A stretch of DNA of 64,000 nucleotides from contig JBHGNT010000015.1 of assembly GCA_043228905.1 (NCBI GenBank), forward strand, positions 2,728,001 through 2,792,000, written 5' to 3'. The position numbers were made by a program, and so were the translations under genes. The notes under the pieces are model-generated. The model saw only the letters and a list, made by a program, of their open reading frames with translations. It was not told the DNA's origin and did no database searches. The stretch comes from Azolla caroliniana (taxonomy: Eukaryota; Plantae; Polypodiophyta). Below are positions 12,618 to 26,701 of this stretch, piece by piece. The stretch's first letter is position 1, and each line of letters begins with the position of its first letter.

Positions 12618-14358
12618 CTATTCAGAGGTTTTAGTATAAAAACGCACTGCAAGTGCCAGTGCCAAGATAGCAATCGGGACAAGGACTTGCAATATTCTGA
12701 TAAAGAATTCCATACTTTTATCATGATGATATGCAGGCTGCTTGGGAGCTACATATGTTGTGTTCTTAGGGATAGTGGAAACATCAATTTCTCCGATGTA
12801 AAAACCTTGCAACATCTCTTTTGCACTCTTGGAATGGCCAACATCATCAAAATCATCAGATGCATCTTTCCCTGTTGAGGAGAAAACAATAAATCACATT
12901 AATATACAATTCTGAAATGAAAATAAATGGGATGTATGAGATATGTTTTGATACCTGTTGCTGACAGAATCACATCATCTCCTCCAGGATGCTCACTCAA
13001 GAATTTAGTAACGTCATACACCTGGGAGAAAAAAATGGACAGATGTCATGAGTTTTAAGGTAACATTACTAAAGGAGCATAAAGACGAATCACAAACTGA
13101 GCCTTTACATGTAGGAAGGAAAAGAAACATAGACGTTCTCGATGAATAAACTGCTTGTGACTAACAAATGGACATTGAATCAGATAATGCATGTATAAAA
13201 GTGAGGATAGGAACATCACAAAATATGCATTCAACGGACAGCCGATGAAGTACAAAGAAGATGCATGCATAGAAGCTTTAATAGCAGATTGAAATTAATA
13301 ACACCATGCTTTGTGGTTTTGAACGCATGGGTAAAAACAAAATGAAAAAACTACAATCCAGCTAAAAAACCAAGTTTTACTGAGTTTATGCTACATCTAA
13401 CAATTAAGGATAACCAGACAAGATTCATGTTCACAGTTTCATGTGGAACCAAAGGTGATACTAAACGATAATGAAAATGCTCGTGAAACATGACTTCACC
13501 GTGTTTTACCATATCTAATCAAAGTTGAACTGAAAAAAACTTCCTCTTTACAGTTTTTTATATAAACACATAGGATCCAATGAAACGACTTTGTACTGTC
13601 TAACCAAATAAAAGATGCTTCAATCAACTTGTTAAAATGCGTTCATTGTACATCCTAATGACTCTGGAAAGGAGTCATTGTCTCAATTTCACATGGAACC
13701 ACTGTTAAAGCATAAGCAGAGCCAAAATCCAACTGAAACCCGGTTATACTGTTTTAAAGCTAAGATTCACTCGTTAAGTAGCTCTCAATGGTAAATCTCA
13801 ACGATAATCACATCATTAACTAGAGAAACTTCCATGTCAGACTCTCATTTGGGGTCTGGATTCCAGAATACCTGTGTTTCAAACCTAGCTACTTTCGGAT
13901 CTCGGAATTTCAGTTAAAGAGCTAACACAAAATCTAATCATTGGTAGCTATAGTATGACAATAATTTAGATGGTGATGAAAACCTCGATCTTAACAATAT
14001 GGTTACCTGGAACAACTTTGTCTTCACAATTCCACATAGATTACAGACTTCCGTGTTTAAAAACAGAAATACTCTCAGATCCGTTAATTTCTTCAGTACA
14101 CATAAAACAGAGAAAGGGAGAGGTACAAAATCTAGATTTTTACGTATATCAGCAGAATAAAAAGACGCACACAGCCAAGCTACTTAATAAAGAGCCGGAA
14201 GGTAGAAGAAATGGAAGTAGATCTATAAAATCTGATGCAATAGAGGTGAGCAAAAAGGAGGGGATCGAAGTGATTTGTACCTTTCCATGGAGAATTATCC
14301 AGCAATCATTAGAATCACTGTGTTCAGAGACATCCTTAAAGTTGAAGACCTTCGACAT
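12618..14358 (-). CDS. CB5: Cytochrome b5, complement(join(12618..12871,12955..13021,14281..14358)), 132 aa; probable 5' UTR intron at about 14383-14674
   Basis: MSKVFNFKDVSEHSDSNDCWIILHGK|VYDVTKFLSEHPGGDDVILSAT|GKDASDDFDDVGHSKSAKEML... with the HPGG haem motif, the second axial His, a C-terminal tail anchor and canonical splice sites. Confidence 0.96.
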
Positions 14359-14598
14359 GGCGTTTCAAGAGCCGTGCAAAAGCTGGAAATTCTGCAGAAA
14401 CGGAGGGATGGAGGGGATGAAACAACACAAAGGGAGAGAGAGGGGAGGGGGAAGGGACCCTAAGATTGAGCAGATATACGAGCAATCAAAACCCTAAAAC
14501 AAGTAGCGGAGAGAAAGGAAAGCAGGCGGGGAAGAACCTTTTGGGACTGTAATTATAAGTAAGGGGGGTGAGTTGAAGAAAGAGAAGAGAAGACAAGT

Positions 14599-14633
<35 letters not shown>

Positions 14634-14785
14634 CAAAAAAACAGGAAAGAGGAGCAGTGGAAGAGTCCACTCACCTCGTCGTCTTCTTCTTCTTCTTCTT
14701 CTTCTTCTTCTTCTTCTGTGTGTTGAAGAAGTAAAGAAGAAGAAAAAAAACAGCAGGAAATAGGAAAGAAATAAAAAACAGTGTG

Positions 14786-14787
<2 letters not shown>

Positions 14788-14821
<34 letters not shown>

Positions 14822-14897
14822 CTCTCTCTCTCTCTCTATCTCTCCTTTACACACACACACACACTCTCTCTCTCTCTCTCCTTTACACACACACACA

Positions 14898-14976
<79 letters not shown>

Positions 14977-15187
14977 CACACACACACACACTCACTCTTT
15001 GCCACATACTTCATTCACTTTGCTTCATAACACACACACACACACACACACACACTCTCTCTCTCTCTCTACTTCATTCACTTTGCTTCATAACACACAC
15101 ACACACACTCTCTCTCTCTCTCTACTTCATTCACTTTGCTTCATAACACACACACACACACACACACACACTCTCTCTCTCTCTCTC
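14788..15187. repeat. Compound (CA)n/(CT)n microsatellite with higher-order units
   Basis: Alternating CA and CT runs. The linker acttcattcactttgcttcataa recurs 3 times (about 15008, 15071, 15124) and ctcctttac twice. Confidence 0.95.
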
Positions 15188-16721
15188 TTTGCCACAGGCT
15201 CCGGGACGGTCTTCCGCGGGGCGGGCACACACACTCTCTCAGATGGATTCCCGAGCATGGCCATCTTTTTGCGCGTACCCTACTTAGGCTTGGCTCTCTG
15301 TGTAAAGAAGTCAGCCACTCGGACTGTCTGTCTTCTTCACTATATCCCTTCTGAGGGGTCGTGACGTTTACTCAAGGCCTTAGGGTTTGGGTGGGGGGAA
15401 AGAGAAGCTGAGACAAGTTGTCGGATCGATCTTGATAGTCAAATCCCGAGCTGCCAGCCATTTCCATCTCGTAGATGCTTCTGAATTGACGCATGTAAGA
15501 AAACAAACTGTCATGTGTTTTCGTCTCGAATGGCTATTGTAACACGTGTTCTCCCTAGCGGTTGTGTAGCCTGCTGTTCGGGGTTATTAAAGTCATCTGA
15601 TATGATAAATGTGTTTTCCATGGCACTTTCGGTCTTGCATTTCCGGCACACCAAATCGCAAACAATTAATAATTTAGTCATAGGACTCCTTCCTTCAATG
15701 ATATCCAGTGATTTGAATATTTTGTGAGGTAAGGAATGAAACATGCTAAAGTGTCCCACACCATGGGTTATGAGTTATAATGCAAACTATTATTTAATGT
15801 GCGTGTAGCATGCACGCATTTATGGTTTGCAAAACATTTCCATTGAGTGCGTCACGCGATTTACATCACGATGGACGTAAGAAATAAGTGTGGTTACAAA
15901 TTACAAAGGAGAGCAAGATAGCATTGGTCTTACAAGGGTAGTCTGTCTTTGCAGAAAGAAAGTTTTTTTTTTTAAAACCTCACTTTCTCTTGATATGAGA
16001 ATTCCCGAGCGCAATTCTCAATGAATGTAAATATATGCCAAATTTTTTGTTAGTCTTTGAAAGTGAAAGACACCGTAAAACAACTACAAAACTATGAAAG
16101 ATCTCCCATCACGTTGTTGGTAAAAGAAAAAGTATAAATTGTAATAGAGTTGTGGACAACTGAAAAAGCACTATATTTTCTAGGCTATTCGGTGTAGGTG
16201 ATTGCAAACCTTTCGAATGCGACACAATATACTCCAAACCTACAAATAACCTAAAAAATATTGGTTCTTAAACACGAGGCACATTTAGATTATATACATA
16301 CATACACAAAAGGCTCTATATAGATCTACCATTTTCCTCTTCCATGATCATTAAGATTTTTTAATTCTTTAATGCATAAATGTTTTACGTAATGGATGTC
16401 TATAAATTAAACATATTACATCAATGATCAATTAAGTGAAATACATGTGCAATGCATACATACAAAAGAGTTTTTGAAAACTAACATTAACGTCTATCCT
16501 AGACGTTATGAAGGGCAAGTTGAAAGGTGAACTTTTGTTTCAATGGTTCTTAAAAAAATTGAACTTCACAACGAAGGCTACAACTTCATTTGAAGGGCAT
16601 TGCAATCTTCATAGATTTGAAAGTGAGGTTTTTAAGTGTCCATAATAACATGAACTTTATGTGCAATATGTACTTATAATTGTAATCTCTTAATATTAAA
16701 AGACATATTTCTCATATACTA

Positions 16722-17063
16722 TTGGGTGTATATACGCATTGTTTTGAGCAATCTTCATATGTGCCTTGGTGCTATGGATGCACAAGAGGTAAACTCATTA
16801 AGCCGTTTTGCGAGAGGCTTAAAGATCACATCCCCTCATTTCCGGGAGATTTGGATGTTGATTGTAGGCTTCACCCTTTGGTATGTGTGGAAAGCATGTT
16901 GCCTAAAGGTCTTCCAAGATCTGGTACACCCTCAGAGGAAATGATCATGGATATTTGGTTCACGATTATCAGCTGCCTACAAGGGCAAATGGACGATGTT
17001 TGTGGCCACTCCGACGACGTGGTCACTACTCGCTTACACAAGGAATGTTTCCTAAATGCTTAA
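16722..17063 (+). mobile_element. Decayed L1-type LINE ORF2 3' fragment
   Basis: ...EIWMLIVGFTLWYVWKACCLKVF...MDIWFTIISCLQGQMD aligns by eye with the ORF2 C-terminus at 28160-28330 (WEILSSTTIYHIWKVRCSLIF...LNIWLDIVHTLKGQWD); frameshifted. Confidence 0.7.
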
Positions 17064-18129
17064 TTTTCTAAGATCCACACCAACATCAATAAAAATTAGA
17101 TTTGTTTTACAACATACAAACAAGAGCTTACCTTTCAATCTAGCTAATTGCACAACATGTAACACCATCCATTGCTGTCAGCATGTTGTTGTGACAAAAT
17201 GATGTCTTAATAGTGTATTTTGCACCCCTATTTAGGAAAGGTTTCACACTATCACTTCAATATCAATTAACACTATCAAGACCTTGTACATTTCTACTAA
17301 GCTCTTCCCTATCTTACATGCACGTTGTCTCTACACCAAAATCGCTTTAGTAACATTGAATTAAGAAAACATCTACATGCACCTTCGATCACCTTATTAG
17401 GACTAGTAAAACCTTATGTTTAGGAAAGCCTTATGATTTTTTTGTGATCTCAATGAATGTTCATATAGATATGTTTCTTGGATGTTAAGGGGAAAGGGAA
17501 TTAAAGTTTCTCTATACAATGGTTGTGCACTCTTAAGTAATTAGTGTGCATCAAGAGCAACAAATTATTTGTCAATACTTTCAAACCACAAATATTTGTC
17601 TCTTACTCTAAAATTATTTTCCTTGCTCACGAATAATATCCTAAGAGGCATGTGAGGGTTTTGCTAATCACCAGATTTACATAGTAATCCTTCTCCAATT
17701 ATAAAGTGACCTTGAGTAATTTATTTCTGAATTTGAAGCTTAGCTTGCAGTTGCTAATATAGTTCTGATAAAAAATGCACGCATGGCATTATAAGCTGAA
17801 TTTTCTAATACCAATTTAAACCATTATAGATGGTATCAAGTACAAAGGGCTGATTGTATCGAGCACTACATAGTTAAAGGATGCACCAAGGAGGTTTAGA
17901 AAATTTACTGAATATGGCCTCTTATTCACCTTGAATCACATCTTATTCAACAATTACAGCCAGCACATCGAATTGTAGGATGTACATAATTTAAGAATAT
18001 AAAAGACGTTGAGAATTTAGATCTCTGTTCTAATATAATAACCACATCGAAATTGACTTCACTGAACATATTTTGATGATAGAAGGGCACAACAATTAAA
18101 TCTGTACAAAACACCATATTAAGCATTTT

Positions 18130-21100
18130 TTACCGAAAAAATACAAACTTCAATGTTAATGCTAAACAGCAATGCAATATCAAGCACCCAACAACAACAA
18201 TGAAAGACCATTCATTTGATGCCAGATGACTCCTGATGTTCAGAGTCACAAAAGATGTAGAAACAAATCCAGCCATGGCTATAATAAGCCATCTGAATGT
18301 CTCTGCAGGTATAATAGAAAGAACCTGAAAATATATGTCAAGTAAGTATCATTTTATACTTGTGAACAAGTATGCCTGAAGTATGAGAGCAGAAAAAGCT
18401 CACCGATGCTGGGATAAACACAAAGAGAGAATAGCCATAAAGACACCATAGCCGCACAACTCCCACTGAAGCTCCAATGTAGTTAAAGAAGAAATATAGA
18501 AGCAAGGGTAATATACACGTGTAACCATAAAAGATCCCAGCTGCCCAATTGACCTTACTTATGTTGAACTGCCATGAAGCATTATTGGAAAGATAGTCAG
18601 CATAGTTTCCAAGGGCAGCTGCTACAAAAACCAAGGTAGTACATATCCAGAAAGGCCCATACCTGGAAGGCAAAAGACACAATTAATGGTCAAACAGTTG
18701 CACATTAAAAATTGTTAAGAGTACTCTCATTATGTAAGCATTTTCATCAAACTGTCATGAAGACCTTAGCTAGATGCACTTATCATGTTCAGATACAAAA
18801 CTGTTTTCTCATTTTTCATCATGAACATATTTAGCTCAATATGCCAGTAAATATGCAATTAAGACGGTCACAAAATCAACAAGGTACTAATATTGCAGGA
18901 TGTTTTATCCCACACCGTCTCCTATCCTACATAGAACAGCCTTGGATGAAATAAGGATAATGCATCCAAAGATACCTCCCTGCAAAATTTACCCTGCTAT
19001 TAATTTAAAAATGAGAAACATCAAGGCAAGAATACTGAAGGCACAGACAAAAATTGCAAGGAGATGAACAACTAAGCTCTATCCCTTCGTGATGGAACAT
19101 TACAGTTAAAACCAAAATTTCCAAAATCTAAGCATGGCTATTTGTAATGAAGGCAAACAAACGTATTAGCGATGTTTATAAGCCTTCAAACAGTCTATAT
19201 TTGAATTTATCATATAAGAGATATTGCTGAGACTCTAATGTGGCATGCTTTGCCCAGGTGTGCAGAGGTTGTTAATGCAGGGTGACAAAAACAAAAAGAG
19301 CCAAGATTCATCACCTTAATTAAAGGTGAACGACTCGTGGAAATCGGAAGATATTATGCTAGAACAATGCAGTATTTCAAGGATGAAATTTTTTGCCAGC
19401 ATTTTCACCATGATGCTGGTGTCTGGTCGAGATTAATACATCTCAACCTAGGTCAACTAATTAATGAAAAAATACATATGTGCAGTTACAGAGTCACGAT
19501 TGATATTCAGATAATTGAGTTGGGTCCATCAATGAACCCTAAGTCAAAGAAAGAAAGGCCCCACAAAGTGACAAATAGTTCCGATGAAACACATACAACA
19601 CAAAGAAAGTAAAAAATTTCTTCGAGGTTGATAGGATTTAATGTCCCATGCCCTAAGATGTTAGAAATGCAAGATTGTTGACAACGATACTTACAGATCA
19701 GGGTTGTCACTAGTCAACTGCATGAAATCTCCACGATTTACAAAGAATGACTGCATGATCCTGTCTGACACTTCTCTTGTATCTACATTAAAATAAGGCT
19801 GGTAAGTGCTAATTCGTAGCAGACGAGGAATACTGCTATCGCTGTCTCTGGGTTCTGTTGATTTGCTGTCAGAAGTCTCTGTCAACACCCAAGCAAGAAA
19901 TACATACAGAACATCTTTGTACATAAAAAACATGTTTAGCTGAGTTACATTGGCCTCAGAACTACAGGATATTGACAAAGTTAACAAATCCATCCAATAT
20001 GACACTTTGATTTTATTACATTCATGTGTATCACTCCCATGAGAGTTCTTTCATTATGCAAAAATCCCACTCCCAACTTTGTATAGGCTATAACTCGTCC
20101 TAATACTGTTTAGGGTGGGTCAGTAATAAAAACCCAAATTATGTTGTCTTTTCGGAACTTTTTGCTGGCACGTTTTCTACAGATACATCTGGGGAGTCAA
20201 ATATGTTTCTAAGCATGAGATTCACTCTGTGATGTCTCCTTCATATCAGAGATTGTTGGTCTGTACTGAAACAAAATGATGTGCTTAAAGAGGAGAAAAT
20301 TGGGTAGATAGGTAGAGACAGATTGTGTAGGCAAGCTGAGACAGAGAGGGAGAGAGAGCCATCCTCAAGGATCTCCCTGATGAAATGGTAATGCACATTT
20401 GTTTTGGGCATGCATGAAACATAAAATTCTTGGTTAGACATTGCACTGTCTCACAACCCAAAGATCATGTCCTCTCTGGTAGACCAAGCTCATTGCAGAG
20501 ACATGTCAACCATGTGGCTTCTTTGGAAGCCTCAATTGCTGAAATATGTTCACCCACAGAAATAGATAATGCAACAATCCTCTGCGATCTGGAACACCAT
20601 GAAACCACACTAACAGCAAGTGCAAATACATATTTGCTCGTGGATCTGTGTATCCACATCATCTGTCATATCAGATCCATTCCCTAACAGAGACATTTAC
20701 TTTTTGTCCCCTTCAAGTATTTCATAATTGACTGGATGCTTCCCAATGTGTTGCCAAGATTGCCATGAACCTGCTAGAAACTGCCACAACGTGTGCAATG
20801 TCTGATCTCATAGCAACCTTGGCATACTTCAAAGAACCACAAGCTGACACATATTGAATCAGACCCTGCATCATCTTTTAGACAGTTCTTTTTGCTCAAT
20901 TTGGCACTTAACTATTTTGCATCACTCATGCTGAAACTTTTGAACACTTTTTCAATGTACTTTTCTTGGGATATATAAAGCTACTGCTGCTGCCTGCCCC
21001 TTTTGTCGTCATACTCAAGGTATGACCAACTGGGCCAATAGCTTTCATCGCAAACACTGATTTTAACTGCATTAGCAGTACTTTTTTCTTTACTAGCAAT

Positions 21101-24100
21101 ATAACATCAAAATGATGGGGCTGCCATCTACATCCCTTTTGGTCTAAAGACAATAATTTGCACAGATCCTTTTAAATTCATGTGAAAACATAAAAAACAT
21201 CAAACTTTTTGTACCACTGTTTAGGAGCTTGTTTCAGTCTATATAGAGTTGAGTTTTCACACTAAATGCTCCTTAGCAGGAATTGCAAATCCACCTGATT
21301 GTTACGCATATAGCTCTGCTTTTATGTTACTATGCAAGAAAGCAGCTTTTACATCCATCTGGTAAAGGTCCAAGTCAAGAGCTGCAGTGAAAGAAAGTTC
21401 AAAAGGTGGTGATTTACTACTGGGAAAATACTTCTTGAATGTCAACCCCATTTACTTGTACATAGCCTTCAGCAATAAGCCTTGCTTTGTACTTGAGTTT
21501 TTAATCCACAAACTTGATTTTATACGCCCACCTATTAGGAATGGCAATCTTACCCCAGTGCAATTCAATCAAGTTCCAAGTATCATTTCAATGCAAAGTT
21601 CATGCATTGCAAGCAAGCTCCCAATTTTTTGAAGGTGAGCCTCTTTTAATGTAAGAGGCTCACCATCATTAGCAGTATTACGTACTGCAAGGAGGGTTTA
21701 TATCTCTGCAAAGACCCCTTTAATCTAGTAAACCTTCTTACTCTATGAACTACATTATCAAGCATGAGATCACAAAATAATAAATTTTAGACTGTTCATA
21801 ATTCACAACCCTATTTTCAGCAGTATGCATAGGCTGCTCATGACTTCCAAATGCATGTAATGGCTCTCCATCGTCTAGCAACATTACCGAGGGATACTCA
21901 TGATTTTCAGCCCTATGTGTCTACCTGAGGCACATTATTATCACAAATGACTGGCTAATTAAGTTGAACTTTAGCCTTTTTATTATCTTTTTTAGAGACA
22001 TAACAAGGTCTGAACAGGCTTAGCCTCTCTAAAGACCTTTTTTAACTGAAGTCGCAATATCCTATAGCTCATTTCACCTTCCTCGCCATATCCAAGGAAG
22101 ATGCCTGTCATGGACTTTCCATGAAGTTTATTCCTAAGCTCATGGCTAATGCACATAAATGCATCACGGACAAAGATGCATAGATGGTCATATGAGGCTG
22201 ATTTGCCAGACCAAACCTCATCACAGATGCCATATTTTAGGCAAAGATTTGTAGAAGAGGGTTGTATGGAGTTGTTACATCCTTCTTTATACTTCTAAAT
22301 TCAATACTTGTGAACTCACCCCCATTGTCTGTACAAAAGAATTTTATCTTACCTGGTAGGGTTGTCACAAGTGCATGAAAAAACTAAAACGCAGCAAATG
22401 CTCCATTTTTGCTTTTCACCAAATAAACCAAACCTCTGCTTGAAAAATCCTCAAAAAAAGAAAAGAAAATCCAACCTGATCCCATGCATTTAGTGTGCAT
22501 TCTACAACTTAGAATACACAATCCAAAGATTCTGCTTGTAATAGGACTTTCTCACTTGCTTTACATATCGGCGATCATTACAAAAATAGAGTTTAGTGCC
22601 CCTTAAATTCTTGTAATGAAGAATGGATATCTGATCCTTTTTGCATCATATCGCCCAACAGTTTATGCAAAGGCTCAATATCTGAATCAGTCTCTACAAT
22701 AACAAAAAAATTGCTTACTAAGGCCTTTCCTTGATCACAATACCAAGTGTCCTTCTTTGTAACCTTGACAAAAAGTATTGAACCTTTCATCAATCTCCAT
22801 GATCCACTCTCAAAAGTGATGCTATATTCATGTACAACATTCATCAGTGAACAACAGAAAATCGATTGTTTTAATGCTAGGAACATGTCTGACATCACAT
22901 GATACAAGTTTTTGACTATTATTGAGAGGCAAATGCAGAGTGCCTATACCATCAATTGTGCAAGCTTGATTATTGCCTAAATAGACTTTGCCATAGTTTT
23001 CCACGTGAGAAATGGTAAAAACAATCCCCAACAGGAGTCACATTGAATGAGGCACCTAAATCTACATTCAAATCTGATTCATTGCATCATTAACAATAAG
23101 CAATGTATCAATCATCTCCCATTTAATGATCTGCATACTGTGCACATGGAGTGTGGAAGCATAATCTGAAGACAAGGTAGTACACAGAATTTCCCTTGCA
23201 TCAAATAGGTCTTCAATAACCACATTAGAGACCAAATTGGCCTTTTCTTTGCCCTTAGGGCTATTTGTACCTTGAAGACTTGTCTCTTTTGTGCCCTTCC
23301 CATTGGCATTCTTCCTAAGTTCAAATTCTTTCTTAAGTGCAATCAAGCTCCTTCTGGCCTTTCCTGCCACACTGATAACATGTGACATCAGACTATTTAC
23401 TTCAGCTTTTGCTCCAGTATCTTTGCTGTACGTTACCCTTCCCTGACCCTCTAACAATAAGAGTTGAAGAATTGCCTTCAGCATTTGCTTTCCATCTGAT
23501 TTTTTTTATTTAGGGTCGACCTTGTAAGTCCATTACATGCAAGATTGGGGTTATTCAATTATGAAACCATCAAGGTTCCCCAAGAATTAAGCAATGTCAT
23601 AAGCAATAAAATAGCATTCAATTTGTATTCGAAGGGAGATAGACTTGAACCTTGTAACTTGGATATTGCACTTATAAATACAATAATGTTATTTAATAGG
23701 TATTCCTCAGCTTTCTGCCTGTCCTTTGTTTGCGACGTATAGACTCAGCATTGGGGATCGACCACTTGCCTAAGCCAGGAAACTGAACCTCTCTATCGCA
23801 GAGTTTGGCTTCTGCCTTACGGGTCTTATGATGCAACATATAATGTTAATCAACTTGCCCAACGGTCTCTCCGTTAGGTCTCCCAAACATGTGTAAGACC
23901 CTTGAGATCTATCAAATTTGCATCTGACACATATATTTAAAGTATGTAATTGCTTTCTTGTTAAGGGTGACAACAAGCATTATCTGTCATGCCATTTATT
24001 TTACAGCTACTCCTACACCATCGCAATCTTTCGGAAATAATATTTCTTCCATCCCATTTTTCCAAAGGTCAAAACCTTTGCCATCAAAACTCTTTATCTC

Positions 24101-26332
24101 AAAGAGAATCTGAATATCAGTAGATCTAAAAGCCATTGAAGTAAGCTCCAGAAACAAACAGAATCAATTTCTGAAATTTTTTATTTTTGGCATAATTCTT
24201 GCAAACACATGGCACAGTAACGAGAAGGGCCTTTGCAAGTCAAATTTGAAAAACTGTAATCTTCTGCAAATTTTCAGGTTTTTTTTAATGAATTCCATAC
24301 CTGTAAATCTTTAAACAATGAACAAAAATGCCCACTTTTCTGTGTGCACAGACTTGAAAAATCAGATTTTGGGCCTCAAAACGGCATAAAAAGAACTCGT
24401 AAGAAAAAGTCGAACCAATTCTCTTGCATGATGGAGCCTTCAATTTGTTTTGTGAGTAAATTTCAGGTTCAGCCCTAAACATTACTGTTAAAATCTGTAT
24501 ACAGCATTGCACACATGATGAAATCTAGAGGCTCTAGATTCCTCATATCTGCAAGGCTGTATACAGATTTTAACTGTAATGTAAGTGGTGAACCTAGGGT
24601 GTGGGCACAAGACAAGGGAAGGGCCCTCTACTTTGGAAGTCTTCAAATTGATTCCCTGTTTGTATTTGAATTATGAAAGACTGACGGATATGGTTTGTGA
24701 TGAGATGCTTTCAACTGTAAGGATGTGAGAGCCAAAGGGTTCTGAATCGCCTGATTCAAGCATCTAGTGCGTCAACAAACATGGTATGGAATCAACCTCT
24801 CAACACAACATGAAGTATAAAAGTAGCAGTTAACTACTGTTGGGGAAATAGGTGTCCTCATTCACAACTGGCATGGTGGACCTTGACAACATATTATAGA
24901 ACATCATTGCCCTTGATAACATATTAAGGATACAAACATAGTTGACCTTGATAACATATTATAGAGACAAACGTAGTTGACCCTCATAACAAGCATTCAT
25001 GAATTGTGTTCATGATATGAAACTAAACATAGAACCTAACCCATTAAAAACAGATTTCATGAGGGACAAAAGACAAATCTAAAGGCACTTATTATGGTAT
25101 ACGATTCATCCTCACATTGAGACATATAACATAAGCGAGAAAACAATACCTTCTCTTTCATGGCTTTGTGGGTATGAACCCAATAATTTACTTCGAGCAT
25201 CAGTTGGAGGAAAAGTTTGCAAATCTCTCTCTGCAAAAAGCCAACACAAATATTAACAAGCCCTCTATATAGTGCCCTCCCACAACAGTATTATTACCCT
25301 GGTCATACATTCAAACATCATGTTTTTGCCAATAAATGTGCATTTCCATCACATAATTTGATAGATAACATATACTTCACACAGTAGTAACGTTTTACGT
25401 TCCAAGTTCAGAAACTAAGATCCATGGGTAGTTACACCTTCAGATTCTAGTAAGCCCCATTGCATTGAAATTGTTCATGCATAGATAATTCATTAAAATT
25501 TTGAATCAATATAAGAAAAGACAGTATATATGAAGAATATCTTTGAAGAGGCAGCCAAGCTTACGAGGTATGGGCGTTCTCATTATGCAAAGCATGTACA
25601 AGTTGCTCAAATATCATAGTGTATAAACATCAACGTCCACTCCACCAGTAACTCATCATGACGGTTTTACCACATGAAAAATATAATAACTAGAAATTTT
25701 TTTTACGGGTCTCAAATCCTACAAACGTCAGAAAAGAGATAAAACTAATCCTTATCTTCAAGTGTAGACATCACAAAATCCTCGCGATTTAGATTGTTAC
25801 TGATTATATATGCTTTCCCTGGAGAGTATTCCAGAAGAGACATACATTTCCACGGTTCTTGAGCCAAGAAAAACATTTCTAGAAGCAAGAATTGCAACGA
25901 CTTTCAACCATACAGAAAGGGACGACTTGCAGGCAGCTTAAATCAATCATGAATAGGATGCATTGAAGAAGCATTACAAGCACGTAGATACAGTCATATA
26001 AATAAATGGAAGAATCAACGCTAATACATATATCAACCAGAAAAGGAAGGTTTGAACATCTACATCAAGAAAAGGATGGAAGGGAAGCATGTACCTTGAA
26101 AAGGAAAAAGCATGGGATCAGCATCAGCAACAGCCTAGCAGCAGTGAATTTCATTCATCTCACACGATTGGAAACAGAAGAAAAGCTTGATAATGACAGA
26201 TGCATGGCCATTGGAGCAGAAGAAATCGCAAAGAAGATGAAGAAATTTACTTACCGGGACTGATCCAGGGAGATGACTAGCTGGCAAAGGGGAGTAACCT
26301 GCATGAGGGGCCGCATAGCTGGGATCTGCCAT
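18130..26332 (-). CDS. Yip1-domain Golgi membrane protein (YIPF1/2, plant YIP5-like), complement(join(18130..18324,18404..18662,19695..19878,25150..25230,26095..26134,26255..26332)), 278 aa
   Basis: GSVP|AV..|..LQTFPP..|..YQPYFNVDTREVSDRI..NPDL|YGPFWICTTLVF...LWCLYGYSLFVFIPAS|VLSIIPAETFRW... The six exons total 837 nt, all GT-AG and phase-consistent. Confidence 0.93.
20370..24136 (-). mobile_element. Heavily degenerate Ty1/copia element inside intron 3 of the Yip1 gene (same orientation)
   Basis: Gag start MAFRSTDIQILFEIKSFDGKGFDLWK (24136), protease region VYLGNNQACTIDGIGTLHL, integrase TDNGGEF-like motif (about 22320), RT WYKKF region, RNase H EASKEATWL and HYHFIRE. Many stops and frameshifts; LTRs not recognised. 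Confidence 0.85.
24465..24595. repeat. 131-nt near-perfect inverted repeat (hairpin)
   Basis: cattactgttaaaatctgtatacagcattgca versus the reverse complement of tgcaaggctgtatacagattttaactgtaatg (30/32). Centre aatctagag-g-ctctagatt; outer aggttca/tgaacct. Confidence 0.9.
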
Positions 26333-26701
26333 GGTTGATCGGCGGGCGAAAACCCTAGATTCTCTGCGGGAGACGATGCAAAGAGAGAGGATTCATGGAG
26401 GAGAAAGCCTCTGTGGGGAAGCAGGTTTTGGTCTTGCATCTGTCCGTTTCACACTTGTCCGCCCGCCCATCCGTCCGTCCAACCGGACAAAACCCATCCG
26501 TCCCCACTCTTGTGTTGTCTCTTCCCTGTGTGCATCAAAAGACGTCTATCTATCTATCTATTGTCTTGTCATCACATACATACATAACATACATACATAA
26601 TATACACTCAAGATGGAGAATTATTCCAGTGGTCTCCCAATATGCTTTAGACTCACCATCATATACTATCTTGTCACATTATTCCTTCAAATCTAACCCT
26701 T

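Noticed and set aside
14486-15364. Long ORFs (173, 121, 193 aa) over the microsatellite
   Set aside because: They are translations of CA/CT repeats (HTHT, SLSL, ERER).
15250-15400. Telomerase RNA (AAACCCTAA template-like)
   Set aside because: No correctly oriented USE/TATA Pol III promoter, no G-rich 5' and C-rich 3' closing stem, and no T-run terminator; better read as a telo-box.
15753-15800. snRNA-type USE (GTCCCACACCA) with TATA-like sequence
   Set aside because: Imperfect USE and no recognisable snRNA or Sm site downstream.
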